Assembly: GCA_965214365.1 (NCBI GenBank)
Contig: CBDCBM010000004.1
Span: 1,926,881 to 1,990,880 of the forward strand
Direction: 5' to 3'
DNA: 64,000 nt
Origin: Lichenihabitans sp.
Lineage (GTDB): Bacteria > Pseudomonadota > Alphaproteobacteria > Rhizobiales > Beijerinckiaceae
The notes under the pieces are model-generated. The model was not told the origin of the DNA and did no database searches. It worked only from the letters and a program-made list of their open reading frames with translations. The translations under genes were made by a program, and so were the position numbers. Every line of letters starts with the position of its first letter. Positions within the stretch are counted from its first letter, which is position 1. This document shows, one piece after another, positions 20,816 through 30,637 of this stretch.

Positions 20816-20837
20816 CCGATTGCGGACCTTGAAAGGC

Positions 20838-22487
20838 CTACCCCTTCGCGTTCAACAGGCGCCGCCACTGCACCAGCCCCGCCGTGGATGAATCGAACCC
20901 CTCCGTCGAGGCGGACGCATCCTCCACCACGGCTCCCAGCTTCAAGGCCAGTTCCTTGCCGAGTTCGACGCCCCATTGGTCGAAGGGGTTGGTGTCCCAG
21001 ATCGCCGCCATGGTGAAGACACGGTGCTCGTAAAGCGCGATCAACCGGCCGAGCATCCGGGGATCAAGCGTCTTGTAGAGGAAGGTCGAGGTCGGCCGGT
21101 TGCCTTCGAAGACCTTGTGCGGCGCCACAGCATCGATGTCGGCCGCGTTCATGCCACCCTTGGCCAGGATCGCCTTCACCTCGTCAAGCCCCCGGCCCAA
21201 CATCAGCGCCTGCGATTGCGCGAGGCAGTTGGAGAACAGGATCGCGTGATGATGCGCGTCCGCCTTCGTGGGTTCGGCGGCGATCAGAAAGTCGGTGGGG
21301 ATGATATCGGTCCCCTGGTGCAACAATTGGAAGAAAGCGTGCTGGCCGTTGGTGCCGGGCTCCCCCCAGACCACCGGCCCGGTGCCTTCATGTACATGCG
21401 TCCCGTCGATATGCACATGCTTGCCGTTGCTCTCCATGTCGAGCTGCTGGAGATAGGCCGGAAAGCGCCCGAGGCGCTGGTCGTAGGGAATGACCGCCTG
21501 GGTCCCGAACTTCCAGGCATTGCGATACCAGACCCCGAGGAGGCCCATCAGCATCGGGATGTTCTTGTCCGGAGGCGCGGTGCGGAAATGTGTATCCACC
21601 TCGAAGCCGCCGCGTAAAAAATCCTCGAAGTGTTGCGGACCGATGGCGATGGTCAACGCCAGGCCGATGCTTGACCAGAGCGAATACCGGCCCCCGACCC
21701 AATCCCAGAAGCCGAACACTCGGTCGGCCTGGATGCCGAACTGATCGACGAGGTCGAGCTTTGTCGATACGGCCGCGAAATGATGCGGCACCGCCTTCTC
21801 GCCGAGCGCGGCCACCAGCCAGGCGCGGGCCGAGCGCGCATTGGTCATGGTCTCCAGTGTCGTGAAGGTCTTGGACGAGATGATGAACAGGGTTTTGGCG
21901 GGGTCGAGATTCGCCAGGGTGTCGATCAGGTCGGCGCCATCGACGTTCGAGACGAAATGCGTATGGATCGCGGAGTCGGAATAAGGCGAGAGGGCGCGCG
22001 CCGCCATGGCGGGGCCGAGGTCGGAGCCGCCGATGCCGATGTTGACGATCTCGGTCAACTTCTCCCCCGTAGCACCCGTAATGCCGCCCGACCTGATGCC
22101 GTTGGCGAAGGCGCCGACCTTGGCCCGGACCGTCTCGACCTCGGGCATCACATCCTTGCCGTCGACCAGCACCGGCTGGCCGGAGAAGTTGCGCAGGGCG
22201 GTGTGCAATGCGGCGCGATGTTCCGTAGGGTTGACGATGCCGCCCGCGAACATGGTGTCGCGCTTGCCTTCGACATCCATGGTCTTGGCGAGCCGCAGCA
22301 AGGCTTGGAAGGCCTCGGCGTCGAGACGATGCTTCGAAAAGTCGAACAGCAGATCCTCGAACTCGACGTGGAACGCATCGAAGCGTTTCGGATCCGCGGC
22401 GAACATCGAGGCCATCGTCGTCTCGGCCAAACGGTCCCGATGGGCCCGAATCTCGGCGAATTTGGCGTCGTCGCGGTCTGTCGTCAT
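20838..22487 (-). CDS. pgi: Glucose-6-phosphate isomerase
   Basis: Motifs IVNIGIGGSDLGP, SSKTFTTLET, FWDWVGGRYSLWS, QLDMESNGK, GTNGQHAFFQLLHQG and NPFDQWGVELGK. Start moved to MTTDRDD (22487). Confidence 0.97.
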   Translation of the reverse strand: MTTDRDDAKFAEIRAHRDRLAETTMASMFAADPKRFDAFHVEFEDLLFDFSKHRLDAEAFQALLRLAKTMDVEGKRDTMFAGGIVNPTEHRAALHTALRNFSGQPVLVDGKDVMPEVETVRAKVGAFANGIRSGGITGATGEKLTEIVNIGIGGSDLGPAMAARALSPYSDSAIHTHFVSNVDGADLIDTLANLDPAKTLFIISSKTFTTLETMTNARSARAWLVAALGEKAVPHHFAAVSTKLDLVDQFGIQADRVFGFWDWVGGRYSLWSSIGLALTIAIGPQHFEDFLRGGFEVDTHFRTAPPDKNIPMLMGLLGVWYRNAWKFGTQAVIPYDQRLGRFPAYLQQLDMESNGKHVHIDGTHVHEGTGPVVWGEPGTNGQHAFFQLLHQGTDIIPTDFLIAAEPTKADAHHHAILFSNCLAQSQALMLGRGLDEVKAILAKGGMNAADIDAVAPHKVFEGNRPTSTFLYKTLDPRMLGRLIALYEHRVFTMAAIWDTNPFDQWGVELGKELALKLGAVVEDASASTEGFDSSTAGLVQWRRLLNAKG

Positions 22488-23120
22488 GGCTGGCCTCGTG
22501 AACGGATCCGGCCAGGCCGGGCGCCTGATCATAGCGCTTTTGATGACAGGTTCACAAAGGGGCAAATCCGGCACGGGGTTGGCGGGATCAAGATCTAACC
22601 GGCCATGTCGACCGGCATGTTCTAAAGCCGGGGTGATTCAGCCGCCGGCTAACGAGGATGAAAAACGAAGGGAGGCCGGGCAGGCTGATCCGAAAAGGTC
22701 CAACCGAAGCGGCCGTCGGCGATGCGCTTCTTCTTGTTGTCGCCGCCAAAATCGTCCTCCGTGGGAAGATGCCCGGCGCGTCCGGATTTTCCATCGTGAT
22801 GGAAACACGCTGCTTCTCCGACGCGAGGTCGTCGTTGCTCATCGCACGGCAGGCATCGCTGACCTTCGCCCTGAAGATCTTGCGAAGAATAATCCGTATG
22901 ACACTTTTTTTCGAGCACGCGCGAGATGATCCGTCAGTGATCAAGGTCAGGGGTCGCCCGAGTGAGACGTTGATTGATCCGTCTGCTTGAACCGCGGCGT
23001 GGGGATAGGTCCGCCCCATCGTGGACATGCGGCGACATTGGCCGCTGAGGGTGGTTCCCTCCGAGCCTGACCTCCCTTATGGAAGGGTGCACTGCACAAG
23101 ACACGTGAACTAGGAACGAC

Positions 23121-24941
23121 ATGGCTCCCCCGCTGCTGCAATTGACCGGCCTCAAATTCACGCTCGGCGGCAAGCCTTTGCTCGACGGCGTCGACCTGTC
23201 GGTGGGGCGCGGGGAGCGGATCTGCCTCGTCGGCCGCAATGGTTCGGGCAAATCGACCATCATGAAGATCGCGACGGGAACGGTGGAGGCCGATTCCGGC
23301 GGGCGTTTTCTGCAACCGGACGCGACGCTGCGGGTCATGGCGCAGGAGCCCGACCTTTCCGGCTTCGATACGGTGCTGGCTTATGCCGAGGCTGGTCTTG
23401 GGCCGGCTGACGACACCTACCGCGTCAAGATGATGCTGGAAGACCTCGGCCTTACCGGCGACGAGCACCCCTCGCGGCTCTCCGGCGGCGAGGCCCGGCG
23501 CGCGGCCCTTGTGCGGGTCATGGCGCCCGAGCCCGATATCCTGCTGCTCGACGAGCCGACCAACCATCTCGATCTGCCCGCCATCGAATGGCTGGAGAGC
23601 GAACTTGCCGGCCTTCGCTCGGCGCTGGTTCTGGTTAGCCATGACCGCCGCTTCCTCACCAAACTGTCACGCACCACGGTCTGGATCGATCGCGGTGTCG
23701 CGCGGCGCATCGAACGCGGCTTCGGAGCCTTCGAGGACTGGCGCGATCAGGTGCTCGAAGAGGAAGAGCGTGACCGTCATAAACTCGACCGCAAGATCGC
23801 GGCGGAGGAGGATTGGGTGCGCTACGGCGTCACCGGCCGGCGCAAACGCAACGTGGGCCGCATGGCCGCCTTGGCCGACCTTCGCCAGACCCGTCGTGAC
23901 GAGCGCCGCGTCGTCGGCGAGGCGAGGATGACGGTGTCGGAGGGGCGCACGAGCGGCAAGCTGGTGATCGAGGCCGATCAGATATCGAAAAGTTTTGGCG
24001 ATCGGCCGATCGTCAGGGATTTTTCCACCCGCGTGCTGCGCGGCGACCGGATCGGGGTCATCGGCCCCAACGGCGCCGGCAAGACGACATTGCTGAACCT
24101 TCTCACCGGACGCATCGAGCCCGACAGCGGTACAATCAAGGTCGGCGCCAATGTGCAGGAGGCGACGCTCGACCAGGCCCGCGCGAGCCTGGCGCCGAGC
24201 ACCACCCTGGCCGATGCGCTGACAGGCGGGGGCTCGGACCAGGTCATCGTCAATGGCGTAAGCAAGCATGTCGTCGGCTATATGAAGGATTTCCTCTTCG
24301 GTCCTGAACAGGCCCGGACCCCGGTCTCGCGCCTTTCAGGTGGTGAGCGTGGCCGGCTTATGCTCGCGCGCGCCCTGGCGCTGCCCTCGAACCTTCTGGT
24401 GCTCGACGAGCCCACCAACGACCTCGACCTCGAAACCCTCGATCTGTTGCAGGACATGCTATCGGACTATCCAGGCACGGTGGTCGTCGTCAGCCATGAC
24501 CGCGACTTTCTCGACCGCGTCGCGACATCGGTCATCGTGGCTGAGGGCGAAGGGCGCTGGCAGGAATATGCGGGCGGCTATTCCGACATGGTGGCGCAAC
24601 GCGGCGCCGGCGTGACCGGAACGACCAAAAGCTTCGCCGCGTCGAAGACTTCAACGGGTCTCGATCTCGACCGGCCGACGGGAAACATGAACGGGGGGGC
24701 GAAGAAGCGCCTCAGCTTCAAGGAAAAGCATGCGCTCGAGCAATTGCCGAAGCGGATGGATGAATTCCGAGCCTTGAAAGCGAAGCTCCAGGCGGCCCTC
24801 GCCGATGGGAGCCTTTACGCGCGCGATCCGGCGCGTTTTGCCAAGTTCAGCCAGAACCTTGTCGATGTCGACAAGAAACTCGATGCCGCCGAGGACGAAT
24901 GGCTGACCCTCGAGGCCCTGCGCGATGCGGCGGAAGGGTAG
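23121..24941 (+). CDS. uup: ABC-F family ATPase (Uup-like)
   Basis: Two ABC cassettes (GRNGSGKST / LSGGE / DEPTNHLD and GPNGAGKTT / LSGGE / DEPTNDLD), no transmembrane domain, and a C-terminal KRLSFKEKHALEQLP coiled coil. Confidence 0.9.
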   Translation: MAPPLLQLTGLKFTLGGKPLLDGVDLSVGRGERICLVGRNGSGKSTIMKIATGTVEADSGGRFLQPDATLRVMAQEPDLSGFDTVLAYAEAGLGPADDTYRVKMMLEDLGLTGDEHPSRLSGGEARRAALVRVMAPEPDILLLDEPTNHLDLPAIEWLESELAGLRSALVLVSHDRRFLTKLSRTTVWIDRGVARRIERGFGAFEDWRDQVLEEEERDRHKLDRKIAAEEDWVRYGVTGRRKRNVGRMAALADLRQTRRDERRVVGEARMTVSEGRTSGKLVIEADQISKSFGDRPIVRDFSTRVLRGDRIGVIGPNGAGKTTLLNLLTGRIEPDSGTIKVGANVQEATLDQARASLAPSTTLADALTGGGSDQVIVNGVSKHVVGYMKDFLFGPEQARTPVSRLSGGERGRLMLARALALPSNLLVLDEPTNDLDLETLDLLQDMLSDYPGTVVVVSHDRDFLDRVATSVIVAEGEGRWQEYAGGYSDMVAQRGAGVTGTTKSFAASKTSTGLDLDRPTGNMNGGAKKRLSFKEKHALEQLPKRMDEFRALKAKLQAALADGSLYARDPARFAKFSQNLVDVDKKLDAAEDEWLTLEALRDAAEG

Positions 24942-25033
24942 ACCTCGCCTTTCACACCTTTTGGCGTCGACACGTCACCATCGTTACGCCGCACGAGCGG
25001 CGGCGCGCATGCCGGCCAATATCACGAAGAGTT

Positions 25034-26410
25034 TTAGATGAGATGCAGGATGATGCTGGCCGTCGCGCTGATGGCCAGCGTCGCCACAACGCCGAGCTTG
25101 AAGCGGAACAAGACCACAGCGGCGAGGACGGCCAAAAGAAGGGCTTTGAGGTCCACGCTGCTCGGAAGGGGCGCATCGAAGGACAGGCCCAACGCACGAA
25201 TCTGAATAGTTGCGATGAACAGGCTGTGCAGCGCGAACCATAAAGCGAGATTGGCGATGACGCCGACGACGCTTGCCGTGATGGCGGCGAGGGCGCCCGA
25301 CAGGGTGGTGTTGCGCCGCAGCGTTTCGATCAGGGGAGCGCCGAGAAACACCCATGTGAAACAGGGTGCGAAGGTCACCCAGAGCGTGAGGAACGAAGCA
25401 GCGACGCCGCCCCAGAGGCCCGTGAGCGGGCCGGGGGCGCGAAAGCCCGCGAGAAATCCGACGAATTGCAGCACCAGGATCAGCGGTCCAGGTGTGGTTT
25501 CGGCAAGGCCGAGACCGGTCAGCATTTCCGGCGGCGACACCCAATGATAGGTGCCGACGGCCTCCTGGGCCGCATAAGCCAGCACCGCATAGGCGCCCCC
25601 GAAAGTCACCACCGCCATGGTCGAGAAGAACCAGGCGACATCGGCGAATACCCCCGTGCCGCGTAAAAATACCAGAGGCAAGACCCATCCGACGGCACAA
25701 AGGAAGCCCGCGCGCCGGGCGCTCTGCGCAGATCGCGCCACGCGGGCGGGGTCCGCATCGAGAGCGATGTCGATGAGGGCGAGGGTTCCGTTGCCTGCTT
25801 TGCCGTTGCCCGTATGAACGAAATGTCCGGGCGCCCACGCGCCGACGAGACCTGAGGCCAGCATCACTACGGGAAACGGGACGGATAGGAAAAAGAGAGC
25901 CGCGAAGGACGCAGTGGCGAGAACCCAGGCCCAACGCCCCTTCAAGGCCCGGCCTCCGATGCGCAGGACGGCCTCGGCCACCAAGGCAAGCACCGCGCTT
26001 TTGAGACCGAGGAACAGCGCCCCGACCATAGGCACGGCGCCGAGAATGGCGTAGAGCGCCGAGAGCCCCAGCATGACCAGGGCCCCAGGGATGATGAAGA
26101 GGAACCCGGCCGCGAAACCGCCCGCGACCCCGTTCATGAGCCACCCCAGATAGGTGGCCAGCTGCTGCGCCTCGGGACCCGGCAAAAGCGTGCAAAAATT
26201 CAGAGCCTGGAGGAAGCGGTCCTCGCTGATCCAGCGCCGCTCGTCCACGACCATGCGATGCAAAAGCGCGATCTGTCCGGCAGGGCCGCCAAACGACAGG
26301 CAGCCGATCCGCAACCACAGCCTCGACGCTTCGGCCAAGCTGGGCATTGCCGAGGGGGACCGGGGATTGCCGGTCATCGACGGCTTGAGTTCGGTGACCC
26401 CAACCCTCAA
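25034..26410 (-). CDS. chrA: Chromate efflux transporter (long-chain CHR family)
   Basis: SFGGPAGQI, FCTLLPGPEAQQLA, TFGGAYAVLA and LAETTPGPLIL in two homologous halves. The start could instead be ATG 26377. Confidence 0.92.
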   Translation of the reverse strand: MRVGVTELKPSMTGNPRSPSAMPSLAEASRLWLRIGCLSFGGPAGQIALLHRMVVDERRWISEDRFLQALNFCTLLPGPEAQQLATYLGWLMNGVAGGFAAGFLFIIPGALVMLGLSALYAILGAVPMVGALFLGLKSAVLALVAEAVLRIGGRALKGRWAWVLATASFAALFFLSVPFPVVMLASGLVGAWAPGHFVHTGNGKAGNGTLALIDIALDADPARVARSAQSARRAGFLCAVGWVLPLVFLRGTGVFADVAWFFSTMAVVTFGGAYAVLAYAAQEAVGTYHWVSPPEMLTGLGLAETTPGPLILVLQFVGFLAGFRAPGPLTGLWGGVAASFLTLWVTFAPCFTWVFLGAPLIETLRRNTTLSGALAAITASVVGVIANLALWFALHSLFIATIQIRALGLSFDAPLPSSVDLKALLLAVLAAVVLFRFKLGVVATLAISATASIILHLI

Positions 26411-26421
26411 GCCTTGTCAGC

Positions 26422-27993
26422 TTACCATTCGACGCGGAAGCCGCCCTTGCCGCCGGCGCCGAAAAGACCGTCCCCACCGCGCACATCGGCTTGCAGGAAG
26501 GCGGACTTGCCGCCGCCGAAATCGAACTTCACCGCCAATACGCCTTCACCGCGCAACTTGCCTTGATCGTTCAGGATGTTGCCTGAAGTGCCGAACACGC
26601 CGCCTTGGATGAAGTTGCCGCTGACCACCACATCGTCATAGACGAGACCGGTCAATGTGGTGGTTACCTTGGTGTCGCCGAGCACGCCGTCGATGCCGAA
26701 CCGCGATCCCCCTTGCAGGCGGACCATGTCGCCATCCTTGAGACCCAGAGCCGCCGCGCCGCCCGAATAGGACGAGAGCGTATATTGCACCCCGCCAGTC
26801 GGCTCCATCCAGAGGCGGGCCATGAGCGGGATGCGGTAGTTGAGATTGTCCGATACCGTGAATTCGTCGAGCGAGGCTTTGCCGCTGCCCGTGAAGACCG
26901 AGGTGAACGGGTTGAACGTGCCCGGGAAGCAATTGCAGACCTGGAACGCCTGGGTGTCGGTGAAAGACTCGTTGAGATCGAGGAAGTCGTTCTTGATGAG
27001 GAAGTCGTTGGACCAGGGCCCGTTGAAATAGGTGACGTAGCCGCCGAGGCTCGGACCACTGAGATGAGCTTTGAGATTGCCGAATCCGTTGGAGAGGCCG
27101 CCCACCGCGCCGGGCGGGGCAGTTGATACGACGGAGGTATTCACCTTCACGTCCGACTCGAGGTAACCGGCCATGACGCCGAGGATGAGCCCGTCGCCGC
27201 CATATAGAAAGTCGCGTTTGGTCCAGTCGATACCGCCGACGAACCCTTCCGATGTGGTCTTGCTCGACGCACTAAGGTTGAGCTGTGTCGCGCCCGGCAA
27301 ATTGGAGCAGCATTGGAGGCTGTTCGTCGACTTGCCGCTTCGTTCTTCATAGTCTCCGAAGCCCTGAGCCCAAGCCCCGTAATGGGCCGGTATGATGAGA
27401 ACTGGCGGCGCGAAAGGCGCGGCTTCGACAACCTCGGGGGCTGGGGCGCGCGACGGGGCGGGCCGGCGCCGAGGGATCACGGCGAGCTGGGGCTTAGTTC
27501 TGCGAAGGGGAATGGCGGACGGCCGCGCTGCTTTTAAAGGCTGAGTCGCGGTCGAGGCTCGCCGGACCTGCGGGACGGGACGCGCCACGACCGGCGCAAG
27601 AGGCGTCGGTCGGCACAAACCGTCGATGAAAGTCTGGCCCGGTGGGCAGGTCGCAGCCTCCGTGGCCCGCCGACCCTGGATCGATTGCGTCGCGGTCACG
27701 GTCTCGACGTTCGACATGGATTGCGCGAGATTGCCGACCGCTTGCCCGGCCAGCGCGGCTCCTGAAAACGCTCCCGCGTTGACGCCACCCTTCTGGGCCG
27801 GATTGGTACAGGCGCCGCCCGTGAGGGTGATGCCGGAGATGGTTCCCGCGAGCGGATCCACGCTATCCGTGGTCTTTACGCTGGAGGGGCAGAATACGGT
27901 TTGGGCATGCGCGCCCGAGGAGACCGTGAGGCCAGCCAGCACAAAAAGGGTGGCGGCCAGAAGTCCCTTTACATTCATGAATGCTTTCAGCAC
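26422..27993 (-). CDS. Autotransporter-type outer-membrane beta-barrel protein with a short Cys-rich N-terminal region
   Basis: Signal peptide (AHA-Q), a short Cys-containing domain, a Pro/Arg-rich linker, then GAWAQGFGDYE and alternating beta-strands ending in GGFRVEW. Confidence 0.72.
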   Translation of the reverse strand: MLKAFMNVKGLLAATLFVLAGLTVSSGAHAQTVFCPSSVKTTDSVDPLAGTISGITLTGGACTNPAQKGGVNAGAFSGAALAGQAVGNLAQSMSNVETVTATQSIQGRRATEAATCPPGQTFIDGLCRPTPLAPVVARPVPQVRRASTATQPLKAARPSAIPLRRTKPQLAVIPRRRPAPSRAPAPEVVEAAPFAPPVLIIPAHYGAWAQGFGDYEERSGKSTNSLQCCSNLPGATQLNLSASSKTTSEGFVGGIDWTKRDFLYGGDGLILGVMAGYLESDVKVNTSVVSTAPPGAVGGLSNGFGNLKAHLSGPSLGGYVTYFNGPWSNDFLIKNDFLDLNESFTDTQAFQVCNCFPGTFNPFTSVFTGSGKASLDEFTVSDNLNYRIPLMARLWMEPTGGVQYTLSSYSGGAAALGLKDGDMVRLQGGSRFGIDGVLGDTKVTTTLTGLVYDDVVVSGNFIQGGVFGTSGNILNDQGKLRGEGVLAVKFDFGGGKSAFLQADVRGGDGLFGAGGKGGFRVEW

Positions 27994-28302
27994 CGCTGCC
28001 CCCGCCCTACTGTGCTCAGAATCGAGACCCTAACATGAAGCTGCAGGGTGTGATGTGATATCGCTGCAACAATCGATCACTCAACCTGCTCAGGAGGTTT
28101 TTGACCAACCTCGAAGGTTTGAAGCGGCGTTGTCATACGTCTTAAGTGAAGCCGGTTTGGTAAACCACCTTGCGGCCTTAGAATAACGGTCGGCCAGATA
28201 ACCACGGGGTCGCAAGGGCGCTTGGCCGGATCGTCTCGATAGTGCGTTCTCGATCGCAAGATTGTCGACACTGGCGGGATGTGGCGCGGCTGTGTTTGCT
28301 GC

Positions 28303-28656
28303 TCAGGCCGCGCGGCGAAGCGACGCCAACCATTTCGACATGGGCCATCGGGTCGCCGCCGCGACGGCGCGGCGCGGTGCTTCCGCCATGCGGTCGAGAG
28401 CGTCACGCACCTTGACCCCAAACGTGTCCTGCTCTCGGCGTCGGCGTGCCAAGACGGCCCGATGCCTCAAGACGAAAGCCGTCACGACATAGCGCCCGTC
28501 GGTGCGTCCAACGCTGTCGAAGGCTGATCGGCTCGCCTTCTCGATGACAGCAGCCTGGATGCTCAAGGGAATGTCGTCCCAATGGCTCAACACGGCGGTC
28601 ATCAATCCGAGGACGGTTGGGCCGTCGCCGCGATCGACAAAGATCAGGTCGTCCAT
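28303..28656 (-). CDS. Hypothetical protein
   Basis: From ATG 28656 (MDDLIFVDRGDGPTVLGLMTAVLSHWDDIPLSIQAAVIEKAS...), downstream of the response regulator on the same strand. No family recognised. Confidence 0.5.
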   Translation of the reverse strand: MDDLIFVDRGDGPTVLGLMTAVLSHWDDIPLSIQAAVIEKASRSAFDSVGRTDGRYVVTAFVLRHRAVLARRRREQDTFGVKVRDALDRMAEAPRRAVAAATRWPMSKWLASLRRAA

Positions 28657-28720
28657 ACGAAAACTCCGGAAGCTCGATTGACCCTGCCCGACCAAGCTTT
28701 CCGGAGGATGGTGCCGCCTA

Positions 28721-29104
28721 TTAGTCCCGGCCTGTGGCTGTCCTGACTTCGTCCAGCAAATCCTGGGGCGTGTAGGGTTTGGCGACGAAACGGCCATCAT
28801 CCGGCATCTCGTCCGGGGTGGGGCGCAAGCGGCCCGAGGTTACGATAAGCTTGACGGCCGGCCACCGCCGATGAACCTCATGGGCAAGGTCGATTCCATT
28901 CAATGGCCCGGGCATATTGATATCCGTGAAAACTACTCCGATGTCGCAGTGGTCGGCAAGTATCTTCAGCGCCGTTATGGCATCAGGCGCTTCCAGCACC
29001 CGATAGCCCCTGTCCTCGAGCACATCCATAGCGATCAGTCGCAGCATCGCCTCGTCGTCGACAATCAGGACAATAGGATGAAGGCTTGAAATTGGATCGG
29101 CCAT
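28721..29104 (-). CDS. Single-domain CheY-like response regulator
   Basis: VLIVDDE acidic pocket, phosphoacceptor in VVFTDINMPG, TSG, and FVAKPY. 127 aa with no output domain. Confidence 0.93.
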   Translation of the reverse strand: MADPISSLHPIVLIVDDEAMLRLIAMDVLEDRGYRVLEAPDAITALKILADHCDIGVVFTDINMPGPLNGIDLAHEVHRRWPAVKLIVTSGRLRPTPDEMPDDGRFVAKPYTPQDLLDEVRTATGRD

Positions 29105-29312
29105 GATCTGCCAACCGATATTGCCCTCGATAGTTGCACGACTTCGTGCTTGATCCGTCGGCGGCTTGACAATCTGAGGATATGTTCGCTATTTGTTCTG
29201 ACGCACGATCGGGAAAACTCGGTACTGATTTCGGACGAGATCCTGCTCCACGTCATTGGAATCGATCACATCCATGCCTTTGGATGGGGCAGACCCAAAG
29301 GCATGGACGTGA

Positions 29313-30503
29313 TTGAGGCAAGCGAGGGAGAAGCGGGTGCTGCGCTGGAGCGATGTCGACGCGCCCCCGGTCGCCCGGAGAGCACAGCGGGCACAACGTT
29401 CAGCTCGAGCCGATGCGTCGCCGCCCGAGGAGCGTGCCGCCATTGCCAGAAAGGGCAGGGGCGCGGTCAGCAATCCCACCGGCCGGTTCGAACCGGCGCA
29501 GCGGGTCGAGGTGGCGGATGGATGGGACACTGCGGAGGAGGACCTGCCGCCTCTCTTCACCACGGTCACGCCGGAGCGGGCGAAGACGATCATCACCCGC
29601 AACGAATCTCCGGATATCTCCTTCGAGCGTTCGATCAATCCCTATCGGGGTTGCGAGCACGGCTGTGTCTATTGTTTTGCCCGGCCGACCCATGCCTTCA
29701 TGGGGCTATCGCCGGGCCTCGATTTCGAAACCAGGCTCTTCGTCAAACAAGGCGCCGCTGAACGCCTGGAGCAGGAACTGGCCGCGCCGGGCTATAAGGC
29801 GAAGACCATCGCGATCGGCACCAACACCGATCCCTATCAGCCGATCGAACGACAGCATCGGGTCATGCGCTCGATCTTGGAGGTTCTGGCGCGCACCGAT
29901 CATCCGGTCGGGATCGTCACCAAATCCGCTCTAGTGGCGCGCGACATCGACATCCTGGCTCCGATGGCGGCCAAGGGCTTGGCCAAGGTGGCGCTGTCGG
30001 TCACGACGCTCGATCGCGACCTCGGGCGCACGCTCGAGCCCCGCGCGGCCACGCCGGAGAAACGGTTGCGAACCATCGAGGCGCTGGCGGCGGCGGGCAT
30101 TCCGGTCAGCGTGTTGGTGGCACCGATCATTCCCGCCATCAACGATGCCGAGATCGAGACCATTCTCGAGCGGACCTATGAAGCTGGCGCCAGGCAGGCG
30201 GGCTACGTGATGTTGCGCCTGCCGCTCGAAGTACGCGATCTTTTCCGCGAATGGATGCTCGCGCACCACCCCGACAAGCTTCGGCATGTCATGAGCCTTG
30301 TCCAGTCGGTGCGGGAAGGGAAGGACTATGACGCCGCCTGGGGCAAGCGCATGACGGGCACGGGACCCTATGCCGAGATGATCGGTCGCCGCTTCGAAAT
30401 CGCCAAGCAGAAACTGGGCTATGCCAAGACTCGCACGAGCTTGCGCACCGATCTTTTCAAGCCGCCGATTCCCAAGGGCGGCCAGCTCGATTTCTTTCGG
30501 TAA
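29313..30503 (+). CDS. PA0069-family radical SAM protein (SplB-related)
   Basis: GRGAVSNPTGRF, ITRNESPDISFERSINPYRGCEHGCVYCFARPTH (CxxxCxxC) and GTNTDPYQPIE. Start uncertain. Confidence 0.9.
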   Translation: MRQAREKRVLRWSDVDAPPVARRAQRAQRSARADASPPEERAAIARKGRGAVSNPTGRFEPAQRVEVADGWDTAEEDLPPLFTTVTPERAKTIITRNESPDISFERSINPYRGCEHGCVYCFARPTHAFMGLSPGLDFETRLFVKQGAAERLEQELAAPGYKAKTIAIGTNTDPYQPIERQHRVMRSILEVLARTDHPVGIVTKSALVARDIDILAPMAAKGLAKVALSVTTLDRDLGRTLEPRAATPEKRLRTIEALAAAGIPVSVLVAPIIPAINDAEIETILERTYEAGARQAGYVMLRLPLEVRDLFREWMLAHHPDKLRHVMSLVQSVREGKDYDAAWGKRMTGTGPYAEMIGRRFEIAKQKLGYAKTRTSLRTDLFKPPIPKGGQLDFFR

Positions 30504-30637
30504 AGCACGATGGGCCGCTACCGAAATGATCGAGACTTCAAATCCCTTAATGATGGAACGGGTGGTTTGAACGAGGGCGATTTGAAGTGTCCTCGGACCC
30601 AGTTCAGCTGTTTCAACCTTTAGATCGTGATGCTTAA
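30501..30637. repeat. Palindromic intergenic element (RIME/MITE-like) between convergent genes
   Basis: Inner inverted repeat acttcaaatc (30535-30544) / gatttgaagt (30579-30588). Outer imperfect inverted repeat taaagcacgat ... atcgtgatgctta. Confidence 0.5.

Noticed and set aside
22488-23120. Overlapping ORFs in the pgi-uup gap (22588..23028 -, 22658..22990 +, 22649..22918 -)
   Set aside because: None has a recognisable motif or a clear Shine-Dalgarno site, and they conflict with each other. A small real gene or sRNA cannot be excluded.
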